Under the pieces are notes generated by a model. It was not told where the DNA came from and did no database searches. It worked only from the letters and a program-made list of their open reading frames with translations. This document shows positions 47,984 through 56,956 of a stretch of DNA of 64,000 bases, piece by piece. Positions within the stretch are counted from its first letter, which is position 1; every line of letters starts with the position of its first letter. The DNA is from Candidatus Nanohaloarchaea archaeon (GTDB lineage Archaea > Nanohalarchaeota > Nanosalinia > Nanosalinales > Nanosalinaceae). Both the position numbers and the translations under genes were made by a program. Location: the NCBI GenBank assembly GCA_014297435.1, contig JACOQA010000002.1:128001-192000 (forward strand), given 5' to 3'.

Positions 47984-49527
47984 CGAATTAACAAGTCGGC
48001 AATTTTGTCCGCTTCCTCTCCTCTATTCATCCTTCTACCTATTCCAACTATAATATCTCTATCGTCTTCTTTTATGCCGCCCAGCAACACTAGGCAGGCT
48101 ACAAACATAACTCCAAAGATTATTCCTCCAGGAATCAAAGCCCAGACAGGGACAGTGTTCCAGAGAAGATTAAGTCCTAAGTAAACTAGGATTAGGCCAG
48201 GAACTGCAGCTACTACAGGTTTCCATGTGTCTCTGGAGAAGGGGTGGGTTCCTTCAAAGTAGTAGACTTCCAGAAGCAGTAGGGTGCTGATGAAGATTGT
48301 TGAACCTGCTGTGGCTAGTGCGGCGCCAATCATTCCCAAGCCCAGACCGAAGTCGGGTATTAGTACAAAGTTTAAAGCCATGTTCAGAGCTAACTGGGCT
48401 ATGCTGTTCCTGAAAAGTATATGGTTTTTCTCTATTGATTGCAGCACCTGGTCTAAGTGTCCGACTGCTGAGGAGTAGAGCTGTCCTACTGCTAAAATAA
48501 CGAGTACGTTCGAAGCCACGGTGTACTGGCTTCCGAAAAGTATGTGGAGTACTTGTTCTGAGAAGAGGAACATTAGCATGAAGGCGGGGAAGGCCAGGTA
48601 AAAAGTCCAACGTGTCAGGGTTTTCAGCATTTTTTTGAGTCCTTTGCCTTCTTTTTCGGCTTCGGACATGGAAGGCAGCGCTAAACTGTTGAAGGCTTTG
48701 TAAGGTATCATGATTAGTGCGGCGGTCGGCAGTGCGGCGTTGTAAAACCCTACTGTTGCATCGTCCATGAAGTAGCCTAGGAAAGCTGTGTCAGCCCAGC
48801 CCAGGATTGTACCTATCATTCCTGAAAGCACTAAAGGATACGAGTAACGGATCATTTTTCTTCTCTGGAAGTTTACTGATTCTTTTGATCTAATGATTGG
48901 TCCTACTTTGAACTCCATGAAGTAGAATCCTAGTAGGGAGGATAGTACGACCCCTAGCAGCCATCCTCCGGCGGCTCCCGCCACACCCCATCCAAGTACG
49001 ACAAAGCCGATTGTAAAGATTAGTTGTACGATGTTCTGGAAGAACTGGTTTGTGATAACCCGGTACTTCAACTGTTTGTAGGCTACGGTTGTTGAGATGC
49101 TTACACGGGAGAAGACTGAGAACGGCGGTACGAAAGCAAGTATCTTGATTACTGGAGCCACAGCAGGGCTTTTGAAGAAGTTTTGAGCTAGGAAATCTGC
49201 GGAGATAAACATCAGAACTCCCATGAATATTGAAACCGGTAAAGTAATGTTTAGTGCGGAGTAGACAGCGCCTTTGACTGAGGAGAGATCGTTGTCCATC
49301 CTATACTCGGGAACGTATTTTTTGATGGCTTGGTTGATTGCGAAGAGAGAGATTGTGGTTGCAATACCAAGTATCATCAGTCCTTGTGATAGCTGGCCGT
49401 AGGCGTCCGGACCAACCATTCTTGCGACTATGGCTCTGTAGAAGTATGTGAATATTTTCGAGGCGAACATTCCTACTCCTGTCAACACTGCGCCTTTTGC
49501 CAGCGTGTTCAGCCTCTGGTTGGCCAT
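47971..49527 (-). CDS. Oligosaccharide flippase (Wzx/MOP family)
   Basis: About 14 TM helices; YGQLS, DTAFLGYF...VGFYNAA, LNFVLIP..GMIGAALAT. Confidence 0.9.
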   Translation of the reverse strand: MANQRLNTLAKGAVLTGVGMFASKIFTYFYRAIVARMVGPDAYGQLSQGLMILGIATTISLFAINQAIKKYVPEYRMDNDLSSVKGAVYSALNITLPVSIFMGVLMFISADFLAQNFFKSPAVAPVIKILAFVPPFSVFSRVSISTTVAYKQLKYRVITNQFFQNIVQLIFTIGFVVLGWGVAGAAGGWLLGVVLSSLLGFYFMEFKVGPIIRSKESVNFQRRKMIRYSYPLVLSGMIGTILGWADTAFLGYFMDDATVGFYNAALPTAALIMIPYKAFNSLALPSMSEAEKEGKGLKKMLKTLTRWTFYLAFPAFMLMFLFSEQVLHILFGSQYTVASNVLVILAVGQLYSSAVGHLDQVLQSIEKNHILFRNSIAQLALNMALNFVLIPDFGLGLGMIGAALATAGSTIFISTLLLLEVYYFEGTHPFSRDTWKPVVAAVPGLILVYLGLNLLWNTVPVWALIPGGIIFGVMFVACLVLLGGIKEDDRDIIVGIGRRMNRGEEADKIADLLIRQSK

Positions 49528-49579
49528 ACACAGAAGGTTTGACTCCACCTTTATTACCGTTTGAATCCAACTCTAAACT

Positions 49580-50446
49580 ATGTCTGAGTTCGACAAAATG
49601 CTTGTAGTAGGGCTTGATGGGCTTGATTACAGGAAAATCCAGAAATACGACTGCAGCAACCTGATGCTTCAAACATTCGGAAAACTGGATACCCAAGGAC
49701 TGGCCTTGAAAACCCCGATGCTCTGGGCCTCAATAATAACCGGCAAAAGCCCTGGAGAACACGGAATCGATGACATGCTCGCGTTTAAAGGTGAAAAAGC
49801 AAGGAAGCTAGACGATTTAATGGACAGGTTCTTCGGTTTCTTCGGCAGATCAGGTCTACACCTAAGAAAGACCGTAAACTACTATCTTTACGACGACAGC
49901 ATCTCGGTTCCCGACAAAAACTACATGGAAACCGACTCTATCTTTGAAAAAGTCGCTGACTCGAAAGCTTTCGACATTCCAGGCTATTCCGAGTATCCTT
50001 ACATTTCCGGCAAGATGAATGTTGCTAAACTATCCCGTAAAAACCCTCCTGTCTCACGTAAACGCGTGAAGAGGGATATTGACGCCGAACATCTTTACAG
50101 GAAAGAGCAGCTGTTCGAAAATATCGGAGAACATACTCTTTTGATGCAGCATTTCCACTACAGCGACTGGCATCAACACATGTATCTCTCCGAGGAAAAA
50201 GATAGGCAATTATACAAAGAAATGGACGAGCTGGCTGGAAAGATACTTGAGAAAGCCGATGATGATACCTTAGTGGTTTTCTGTTCCGACCATGGTTTGG
50301 AAGATGGCGGGCATAGAGATGAAGCGTTTTTCTCGGTAAACACGGATATAGACGAGAACCAGAGTATTACAACACTTCTTGAGAGCTGTCTAGAACATGT
50401 TGACTACAAAAACAAGGAGGAAACCGTTGAATCAATCGAGGTCTGA
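49580..50446 (+). CDS. Alkaline phosphatase superfamily protein
   Basis: GLDG, TPMLWASIITG, DWHQH, SDHG, GGH. Confidence 0.82.
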   Translation: MSEFDKMLVVGLDGLDYRKIQKYDCSNLMLQTFGKLDTQGLALKTPMLWASIITGKSPGEHGIDDMLAFKGEKARKLDDLMDRFFGFFGRSGLHLRKTVNYYLYDDSISVPDKNYMETDSIFEKVADSKAFDIPGYSEYPYISGKMNVAKLSRKNPPVSRKRVKRDIDAEHLYRKEQLFENIGEHTLLMQHFHYSDWHQHMYLSEEKDRQLYKEMDELAGKILEKADDDTLVVFCSDHGLEDGGHRDEAFFSVNTDIDENQSITTLLESCLEHVDYKNKEETVESIEV

Positions 50447-50448
50447 AG

Positions 50449-51120
50449 ATGGATCTGGTCTTTCTAGGGATGAATCCGGCAGGAGAAAAAACACTGGAGT
50501 GGTTGAAAGAACGTGAAGACGTAGAATTACTGGTCTCGATAAAAGAAAAGAAAAATTTAGGTCTAATAGAAGAAGAGCGGCCGGAACTAGTTATTTCCTC
50601 GGGGTTCGAACACAAAGTACCAAAAGAGATACTTGAGGTTCCGGAAAAAGGGGTTGTCAACTTACATCCTTCGTTCCTACCTTTCAATAGAGGTGCGCAT
50701 CCTTATGTGTGGCCTTTAATCGATGGAACGCCGGCAGGGGTTTCTATACACTACATGAATGAAGGTATTGATGAGGGTCCTGTTATTTCGAGGAGGAAGG
50801 TTGAGAAAAAAGAGACGGATACTGCTAAAGATCTCTACGACCGTTTACAGCATGAAATGTTCCAATTATTCAAGGATTCCTGGAGGGATATAAAGAAAGG
50901 TGTTGAGGGTAGTGAACAGGATCTAGCTAAAGGAACTGTTCATAAAAGCAGTGATTTGGATGATTTAGCGAGTATTAATCCGAACGAAGAGTTTAAGGCT
51001 AAAGAGTTGGTTGATCTTTTACGGGCTTTAAGTTTTCCGCCTCACGGCATGGCTTCTATCGATGGAAAGTTTCTCGAACTGAATGTACGTGAAAATGTAG
51101 GAGACGAACCCAAGCACTAA
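50449..51120 (+). CDS. Formyltransferase (probable sugar N-formyltransferase)
   Basis: VNLHPSFLPFNRGAHP, GVSIH, IDEGP. Confidence 0.85.
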   Translation: MDLVFLGMNPAGEKTLEWLKEREDVELLVSIKEKKNLGLIEEERPELVISSGFEHKVPKEILEVPEKGVVNLHPSFLPFNRGAHPYVWPLIDGTPAGVSIHYMNEGIDEGPVISRRKVEKKETDTAKDLYDRLQHEMFQLFKDSWRDIKKGVEGSEQDLAKGTVHKSSDLDDLASINPNEEFKAKELVDLLRALSFPPHGMASIDGKFLELNVRENVGDEPKH

Positions 51121-51152
51121 CTTAATAAACATGCATAAGTTATGCATCTTCT

Positions 51153-51347
51153 ATGCCGAGGAAAACAATTTCTCTGCCTGAAGACCTCGCAGACTTCGTG
51201 GATGATAATCATATCAACCTCTCAAGATTCGTACAGGACAAACTAAGAGAGCTAGCAGAATCCGAAAACACCGAAGAAGAACTCTCCGAAGAACAAGCCA
51301 AGGAAATCGCGAAAAAACTCGAAAAACTCGGCTATCTAGACAGGTAA
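51153..51347 (+). CDS. Small RHH protein with KLxxLGY tail
   Basis: MPRKTISLPEDL...NLSRFV; ends KEIAKKLEKLGYLDR. Confidence 0.8.
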   Translation: MPRKTISLPEDLADFVDDNHINLSRFVQDKLRELAESENTEEELSEEQAKEIAKKLEKLGYLDR

Positions 51348-51357
51348 AAACTATATT

Positions 51358-52122
51358 ATGAAAGTATTCGGAATTGACGCCGCGACATGGGACATGATAA
51401 AACCACATAGAGACGAACTACCCAACTTCGACCGTTTAATGGAAGAATGTGACTACAAAACCGTTACGGTCGAGGAAACACCTAAATCCGCGCCGCTCTG
51501 GACATCAATCTTCACAGGTTTAAGACAGAGCGAACACGGACACAAAGACTTCGTGGTGGACGAAGAACTCCAGAAAAGAGAGGATATCGACGGAACATTC
51601 GTATGGGAAGAACTGGAAAACGTTGACTCCAAAATCCTGCAGGTTCCTGCGGTCATTCCGCCAATCAACTACAACACAAGTTACGAACCGGAAGGTTTCG
51701 GAGTCTCAAGTGACCTAGAAGAACTAGAAGCAGACAGAAAGAAACTGATGCAAAAATCGAAGGAAGTACTCGAAGAAGATCCAGAATTTTTCGCTGTAGT
51801 TTTCATGCAGCTCGACAGGGTAAGCCATTTCTACTGGAACGACAAAGAACTGATCCTCGAATGGTACAAGAAAATGGACGAAGTACTCGGCGAACTGCTT
51901 GAGTACTACGACTTTGACTCGGATGAACCGTTGATCGTTCTTTCAGACCACGGGTTCGCCGAGCACGGCGAAGGAAGAGTACAGACTTTACCTGAGGAAA
52001 CACCTCACGGAACCTTGGAAGGCGATCACCATGAAGATGCGGTTTTAATCACGAAAAACGTTGACTTTGAAATCGATCAACCTGAGGACGTCGGAAAGGC
52101 GATCCTCAATCACTTCAACTAA
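51358..52122 (+). CDS. Alkaline phosphatase superfamily protein
   Basis: GIDAA, SAPLWTSIFTG, DRVSH, SDHG, GDHH. Confidence 0.82.
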   Translation: MKVFGIDAATWDMIKPHRDELPNFDRLMEECDYKTVTVEETPKSAPLWTSIFTGLRQSEHGHKDFVVDEELQKREDIDGTFVWEELENVDSKILQVPAVIPPINYNTSYEPEGFGVSSDLEELEADRKKLMQKSKEVLEEDPEFFAVVFMQLDRVSHFYWNDKELILEWYKKMDEVLGELLEYYDFDSDEPLIVLSDHGFAEHGEGRVQTLPEETPHGTLEGDHHEDAVLITKNVDFEIDQPEDVGKAILNHFN

Positions 52123-52145
52123 TCTTTCAAAGAGGTATCACCACT

Positions 52146-53063
52146 ATGACACTTGAAGCACCTGTAACAAGAGAAGAAATTGAAAACGCGCCTACAAAAG
52201 CTAAAATAAGGGCTGGAGAAGAAGTTGTCAAGAAAGCCCTAGAAAAATACGACACCGAAAACGTAGTAATCGGTTTCACAGGAGGAAAAGACTCCACATT
52301 AACCGCATGGCTCGTCAAACGTGTCTGCGAGGAACACGGCTTTGATAAGCCACGTTTCATGTTCGTAGATCACGGCCAGCACTTCGACGAACTTGAAGAC
52401 TACGTCAACCGGTTAGCGGACGACTGGGGGTTCGACGTAATGGTGGCGAAGAACGAAGACTTGATCGAAAAAGCAGAAAACCCTGGAGACAAGGTTCCTG
52501 TCGCAGAACTTAACGAAAGAAACCAGAGGGAAGCAGAACGGGTCGGAGACTACGAAGAAGTGCCTTGGTTGATGGATACCGAAGCCGGAAACCATCTTCT
52601 CAAGACCGTTCCTATGAACGAACTGCTCGAGAACCATAACATAAAGGCCGTGATTAACGGAGTTCGATGGGACGAACACGAATCTAGAGGCGACGAGGAC
52701 TTCTACAGTCCTAGAAACGATCCGGACCACATCAGAGTCCACCCGATCCTTCAACTGGATGAGAGGGATGTCTGGGATGTTTCCTGGTTCCACATGGTTC
52801 CCGATGTAACAGGCATCGACATAGAAGAGTATCCGGAGACCGAAGAGGACTTACCGGAAGGACTGTCGAAAGACAGCGTTCCAATAAGTCCGAAGTACTG
52901 GGCAGGGTTCAGAAGCCTTGGATCAGAAGTTTCGACAGAGAAAAGCGAGGAAGAACCGGCTTGGTTACAGGATGTCGAGAACACGAAGGAAAGAGCTGGC
53001 AGAGCCCAGAACAAGGACGATAAAGAGATCATGGATAAGCTTAGAGAATTGGGTTACATGTAG
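52146..53063 (+). CDS. PAPS-reductase family protein, CysD (sulfate adenylyltransferase subunit 2)-like
   Basis: PP-loop GFTGGKDST, GVRWDE..R, RVHPI, FRSLG, ERAGR...MDKLRELGYM; no C-terminal ECG(L/I)H of PAPS reductases. Confidence 0.8.
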   Translation: MTLEAPVTREEIENAPTKAKIRAGEEVVKKALEKYDTENVVIGFTGGKDSTLTAWLVKRVCEEHGFDKPRFMFVDHGQHFDELEDYVNRLADDWGFDVMVAKNEDLIEKAENPGDKVPVAELNERNQREAERVGDYEEVPWLMDTEAGNHLLKTVPMNELLENHNIKAVINGVRWDEHESRGDEDFYSPRNDPDHIRVHPILQLDERDVWDVSWFHMVPDVTGIDIEEYPETEEDLPEGLSKDSVPISPKYWAGFRSLGSEVSTEKSEEEPAWLQDVENTKERAGRAQNKDDKEIMDKLRELGYM

Positions 53064-53132
53064 AGTTGTGAATACTTTCTTTCACAACATTTCTTTTTCC
53101 TTTTTTAACTGTATTTTTCCAAACTAAGAAAC

Positions 53133-54047
53133 GTGAAATTAAAACTTGTCGCGTTTTTAGCCCTAGTAGTTGTAGCTTCAGGCTGCCTGGGATCTTCACA
53201 GACCCCAGAACAAAAACTTGAATCTCTAACCTCCAAAGCCAACAGTTCCACATACCATATTACCTATGCGGCGGAGCTTGGAGGTTCCGAAGCACTCTCA
53301 GGTTTAATTGGAAGCCCTGAGATCTACAGCCTGAACGGAGACACTAAACACTTAACCACTACAAATCTGCTTGGTTCCGAAACTACTTCGGCAACATACA
53401 AGAAGAATGGGATGACTGTACGCTGTACAGACTCTGCTTTAGGTCTTTCAGAAGGCATAAGCTGTAGCAAAAGCTCTTCTTCCACAACCGCCTCGAGACC
53501 TTCAGAGATGCTGGAAAACGTTCCCAAAATTGCAGTAAACGAGACCGGCACAAGAACTATAGCCGGAAGAGAATGTTCTAACTTCGAACTCAGGGCATCG
53601 GAAAACACCACGACCTACACAGAAGATGTCAACGGCACTATGAACCTCTGTGTCGATAACCAGAAAGGCTACATCGCATCCATGGGGATAAACATCACAA
53701 CAAGCACTGAGCTGAACACTGAAAGGACAAGAAACGCTCTCAGAATGTACGTCAAAGAGTACGATGACGAAGTAAGTCCTGAAGACCTCGAAATCCCTGT
53801 AAATACTTTGGTCTCTCTGAGCTGTGATCCTTTCCACGCAAACATCACTTCTCTAGGTTACACGGGAGAAGCCCAAGTCGAACTTGCCGGAAATAACCAG
53901 ACAGTCAACCTCGAAGAAGGCGAGGAGAGAAGGTTGGACTTTAAGACGTCAAAAAGAAGCAACTACAATACCAAAGTGACTGTTTACGCGGGAGGGAAAG
54001 CCAGTTCGGACAGCTGTACTAACGTAGGAGGCTTCCTGAACCAGTAG
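53133..54047 (+). CDS. Ser/Thr-rich surface lipoprotein
   Basis: Lipobox VASGC; many NxS/T sequons; paired cysteines. Confidence 0.75.
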   Translation: MKLKLVAFLALVVVASGCLGSSQTPEQKLESLTSKANSSTYHITYAAELGGSEALSGLIGSPEIYSLNGDTKHLTTTNLLGSETTSATYKKNGMTVRCTDSALGLSEGISCSKSSSSTTASRPSEMLENVPKIAVNETGTRTIAGRECSNFELRASENTTTYTEDVNGTMNLCVDNQKGYIASMGINITTSTELNTERTRNALRMYVKEYDDEVSPEDLEIPVNTLVSLSCDPFHANITSLGYTGEAQVELAGNNQTVNLEEGEERRLDFKTSKRSNYNTKVTVYAGGKASSDSCTNVGGFLNQ

Positions 54048-54065
54048 ACTCTCCTTCTTCATTCC

Positions 54066-54962
54066 TTATTTCAGATCTTTTACAGTTTCTCTGATAGCTT
54101 CTTCAGAATTCATGGATGGCTTCCAGCCGGTTTCTTTCAGTTTCTGAATATCAAGCCTCATCTCCGGAACATCCCCGTCCCAACCCTTTCTACCTCCCGT
54201 ATAGCTAAAATCAGGATCGAGATCCATCTCGTCCGAAACAACTTCTGCAATCCTTGTAACATCAATAGCATCCTCATTACCGATATTAAAAACAGTTTCT
54301 TCACTCTCCCAGGCTGCGATAATTCCTTCCACGGTATCTTCGACGTGTATATACGATTTTTTCTGTCTACCGTCACCCAGTATTTCAAGCTCTTCAGGAT
54401 CCTCTTTCAGTTTCTGAACAAAGTCGTAGGTAACTCCTTTTTCAGCTCTTCCACCTACAATATTTGCCAGCCTTACTATAGTCAAGTCTAAGCCAAGTAT
54501 CTGCTGATAAACTTGGCACATGTGTTCTCCCCCAGCCTTTGTGGCGCCGTACATCGAGATAGGGTCGAAATTAGCGGTCTCAGGCGTAGGTATCTCACAG
54601 TCCTCGCCGTAAATAACAGATGAAGAAGTAAATACTAGCTTTTCCACATTAGATTCCTGGCATGCATCAAGCACAGCCTTTGTTCCTTCAAAGTTTTCCT
54701 CAAAATCTTTGTCGCGGTCATCCGGAAAAGTATTGACTTTGGGGTTAGCAGCTAGATGTAAAACAGCGTCAAAACCTCTAAACACTTCTCTAAGCTTAGA
54801 AGTGTTCTTTATGTCTACCTCCAAAAAATCTGCGTTTTCAGGTATCAATTCTTTTTTCCCGGAGGAGAGATTATCTACAACAGTTACTTCGTGTTTTTCC
54901 AAAAGTTTCTCTGTAAGATGTGATCCTATAAATCCTGCTCCGCCGGTAACCGCTACGTTCAT
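54066..54962 (-). CDS. NAD-dependent sugar epimerase/dehydratase (GalE-like)
   Basis: TGGAGFIGS, YGATK. Confidence 0.92.
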   Translation of the reverse strand: MNVAVTGGAGFIGSHLTEKLLEKHEVTVVDNLSSGKKELIPENADFLEVDIKNTSKLREVFRGFDAVLHLAANPKVNTFPDDRDKDFEENFEGTKAVLDACQESNVEKLVFTSSSVIYGEDCEIPTPETANFDPISMYGATKAGGEHMCQVYQQILGLDLTIVRLANIVGGRAEKGVTYDFVQKLKEDPEELEILGDGRQKKSYIHVEDTVEGIIAAWESEETVFNIGNEDAIDVTRIAEVVSDEMDLDPDFSYTGGRKGWDGDVPEMRLDIQKLKETGWKPSMNSEEAIRETVKDLK

Positions 54963-55017
54963 ACTAAGAATCTTTTGTCCCTAGACGGTTTAAAATCTGC
55001 TCGACCAGTAAAGAATA

Positions 55018-55758
55018 ATGGCTAAGAAACGTGTCTCTTTAACCCTTGAGGAAGAGATGGTGGAGAAAATAGATGCCGAGGCTGAGGAAAGAGAGTTGAA
55101 CAGGTCGCAGACGGTTGAAGAGATAGCGGAGAAGTACTTTGGTGAAAGAGGTATAGATACAGCGGTTGTTTTCTGCGGAGATCCTGAAGCCAAAAGCCTC
55201 GAACTACATAACGGCAAGCCAGTACTATCACATATACTTGACCATCTTGCCGAGGAAGGTATCAACAGAGCTATACTTCTTTCAGGGAAGAATAAAGAGA
55301 TTGAGGAAAGCTTCGGGTCAGAATACAGTGGTTTAGCGCTTGAATATATTGAGGATGAGCCAGAGGGCACGGCTGCAGCCTTGAAGAAAGTTGAAGGTAA
55401 GGTCGATGGCGAGTTCGCTGCTTTGAACGGTCATGTTATCGCGGATGTAGATATGGATGAAATGTTAAGGTTTCACAGAGAGGAGAGCTCTGTTGCAACG
55501 ATCGCATTGACCTCTGTAGAGGATCCTTCGAGCTACGGTGTTGCAAGATTAAAAGGCAGGAAGGTTCTTGGTTTTGTTGAAAAACCAGAAGATGGCGAGG
55601 AACCTTCGCGTTTGATAAACGCCGGCACCTATATTTTCGGATCGGAGATCTTCTCTATGCTGGAAGAGGAAAGTATAGAGACTGTTTTCAAGAACTTAGC
55701 GGATCAAAAACAGCTTTCAGGTTATATTTACGGTGGAAAGTGGCGTAACTGGGATTAG
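55018..55758 (+). CDS. RHH domain fused to a degenerate NDP-sugar nucleotidyltransferase domain
   Basis: MAKKRVSLTL...NRSQTVE; then GTAAAL, YGV, FVEKP, INAGTYIF; the GxGTR motif is absent. Confidence 0.8.
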   Translation: MAKKRVSLTLEEEMVEKIDAEAEERELNRSQTVEEIAEKYFGERGIDTAVVFCGDPEAKSLELHNGKPVLSHILDHLAEEGINRAILLSGKNKEIEESFGSEYSGLALEYIEDEPEGTAAALKKVEGKVDGEFAALNGHVIADVDMDEMLRFHREESSVATIALTSVEDPSSYGVARLKGRKVLGFVEKPEDGEEPSRLINAGTYIFGSEIFSMLEEESIETVFKNLADQKQLSGYIYGGKWRNWD

Positions 55759-56180
55759 ATTGTTCTTATCAGCTTCCTCTCTATCCTCATGGCTTCCTCG
55801 GATACGAGTTCTTCTACAAGCATTCCCAGGTTGTAGAGGAGTGATGCAGCTATTCCTATAGCCAGGTGTGCTTTTACAGGTTCTAGTGCATTAAGTTGGA
55901 AGGCTGCTATTATTGGCACGAGAGCCGCAACATAATGAATCATGCTTAGAATTACTATATCGTTCTCCTGGTAGTTTGGTGTTCCTAATGCTTTCCTGTA
56001 TGCTATGATGGAGAGTATCCCAAATCCCAAGACTGCTCCAAAACCGTAAGAAACAGCTTCCAAAAGTGTTGGCAGTCCGTGAGCTTTGATTAATGCGGCT
56101 CCGGATCCCCAAAAGGCTATTGTGAATCCATAAGCTCTTGACTCCTTTGCAAGGGTTGCTCTGAGGAAGCTTTTTCTCAT
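55755..56180 (-). CDS. Hypothetical membrane protein
   Basis: ESRAYGFTIAFWGSGA; 4 TM helices. Confidence 0.7.
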   Translation of the reverse strand: MRKSFLRATLAKESRAYGFTIAFWGSGAALIKAHGLPTLLEAVSYGFGAVLGFGILSIIAYRKALGTPNYQENDIVILSMIHYVAALVPIIAAFQLNALEPVKAHLAIGIAASLLYNLGMLVEELVSEEAMRIERKLIRTI

Positions 56181-56243
56181 AATGATTGTTTCTCTACGCT
56201 CATTTAAAGAAATTTTATAAACGATATCGTAATACATCGTAAT

Positions 56244-56906
56244 ATGGGTGCTGTAGGGGCCCGAAAAGTAGACGGAAAATACAGAAAGCAGCTATGGGGG
56301 CAGATAGGCGTAGAGGACGAACACACTGAAGAAGATCCTCATCCCGTAGCAAAATATCTTGAACAAGCAGAAGCTGTAGATAGAGGCTACGCTCTTCCCG
56401 AGGCAGAAGAAGTTCTTCAGCCAAACCAAAGGGATGACTACTGTTGTAATGCCGATAGAATAGATAAAAAACCGCACAGCGCCCGTGAAAGGATATGGTG
56501 GAGAAACAACGAAGGCGACTACGTAGTTGAGACTGTGAACATGAAAGGTCACGAATACAGGGACATGGCGGTATACAGACAGCATGGAGTAATACCTACA
56601 GAAAATTCTGAGTGGGATGAAGCTGTAGAACATCTGTTCTCCAGAGCAGCTTTACAGGTAAGAAACGACCCGGAAGTATCAAACGATCTAGCACTGTTCG
56701 TAGGATTGAATGATATACCAAACCATCATCACATAGTAGTTTCGGATATCGATGGAGGACAAGGAGAAACGCTAAGCGATTTAGAGCAGATCGATAATTT
56801 CGCACTATACGATCTTTCCGGAGACGAGTATTCGATCGAAAAACCCGATTATTTCGAGATCGGCGATAAAAGAGGAGAGATCGGGCTTGAACCCTACATA
56901 ACATAG
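56244..56906 (+). CDS. Hypothetical protein
   Basis: 220 aa acidic ORF with CC and HHH clusters. Confidence 0.6.
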   Translation: MGAVGARKVDGKYRKQLWGQIGVEDEHTEEDPHPVAKYLEQAEAVDRGYALPEAEEVLQPNQRDDYCCNADRIDKKPHSARERIWWRNNEGDYVVETVNMKGHEYRDMAVYRQHGVIPTENSEWDEAVEHLFSRAALQVRNDPEVSNDLALFVGLNDIPNHHHIVVSDIDGGQGETLSDLEQIDNFALYDLSGDEYSIEKPDYFEIGDKRGEIGLEPYIT

Positions 56907-56956
56907 AGTGAAAAACGTAACCAAACCACATACTAGAATAGAGGCTTACAAAATAT

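Noticed and set aside
50449-51120. Methionyl-tRNA formyltransferase (fmt)
   Set aside because: Archaeal genome, glycan-locus context, and no full C-terminal tRNA-binding domain
52146-53063. PAPS reductase CysH or phosphorothioation DndC
   Set aside because: Lacks the ECG(L/I)H tail and Fe-S cysteines, no dnd genes nearby; the ERxGR...GY ending is CysD-like
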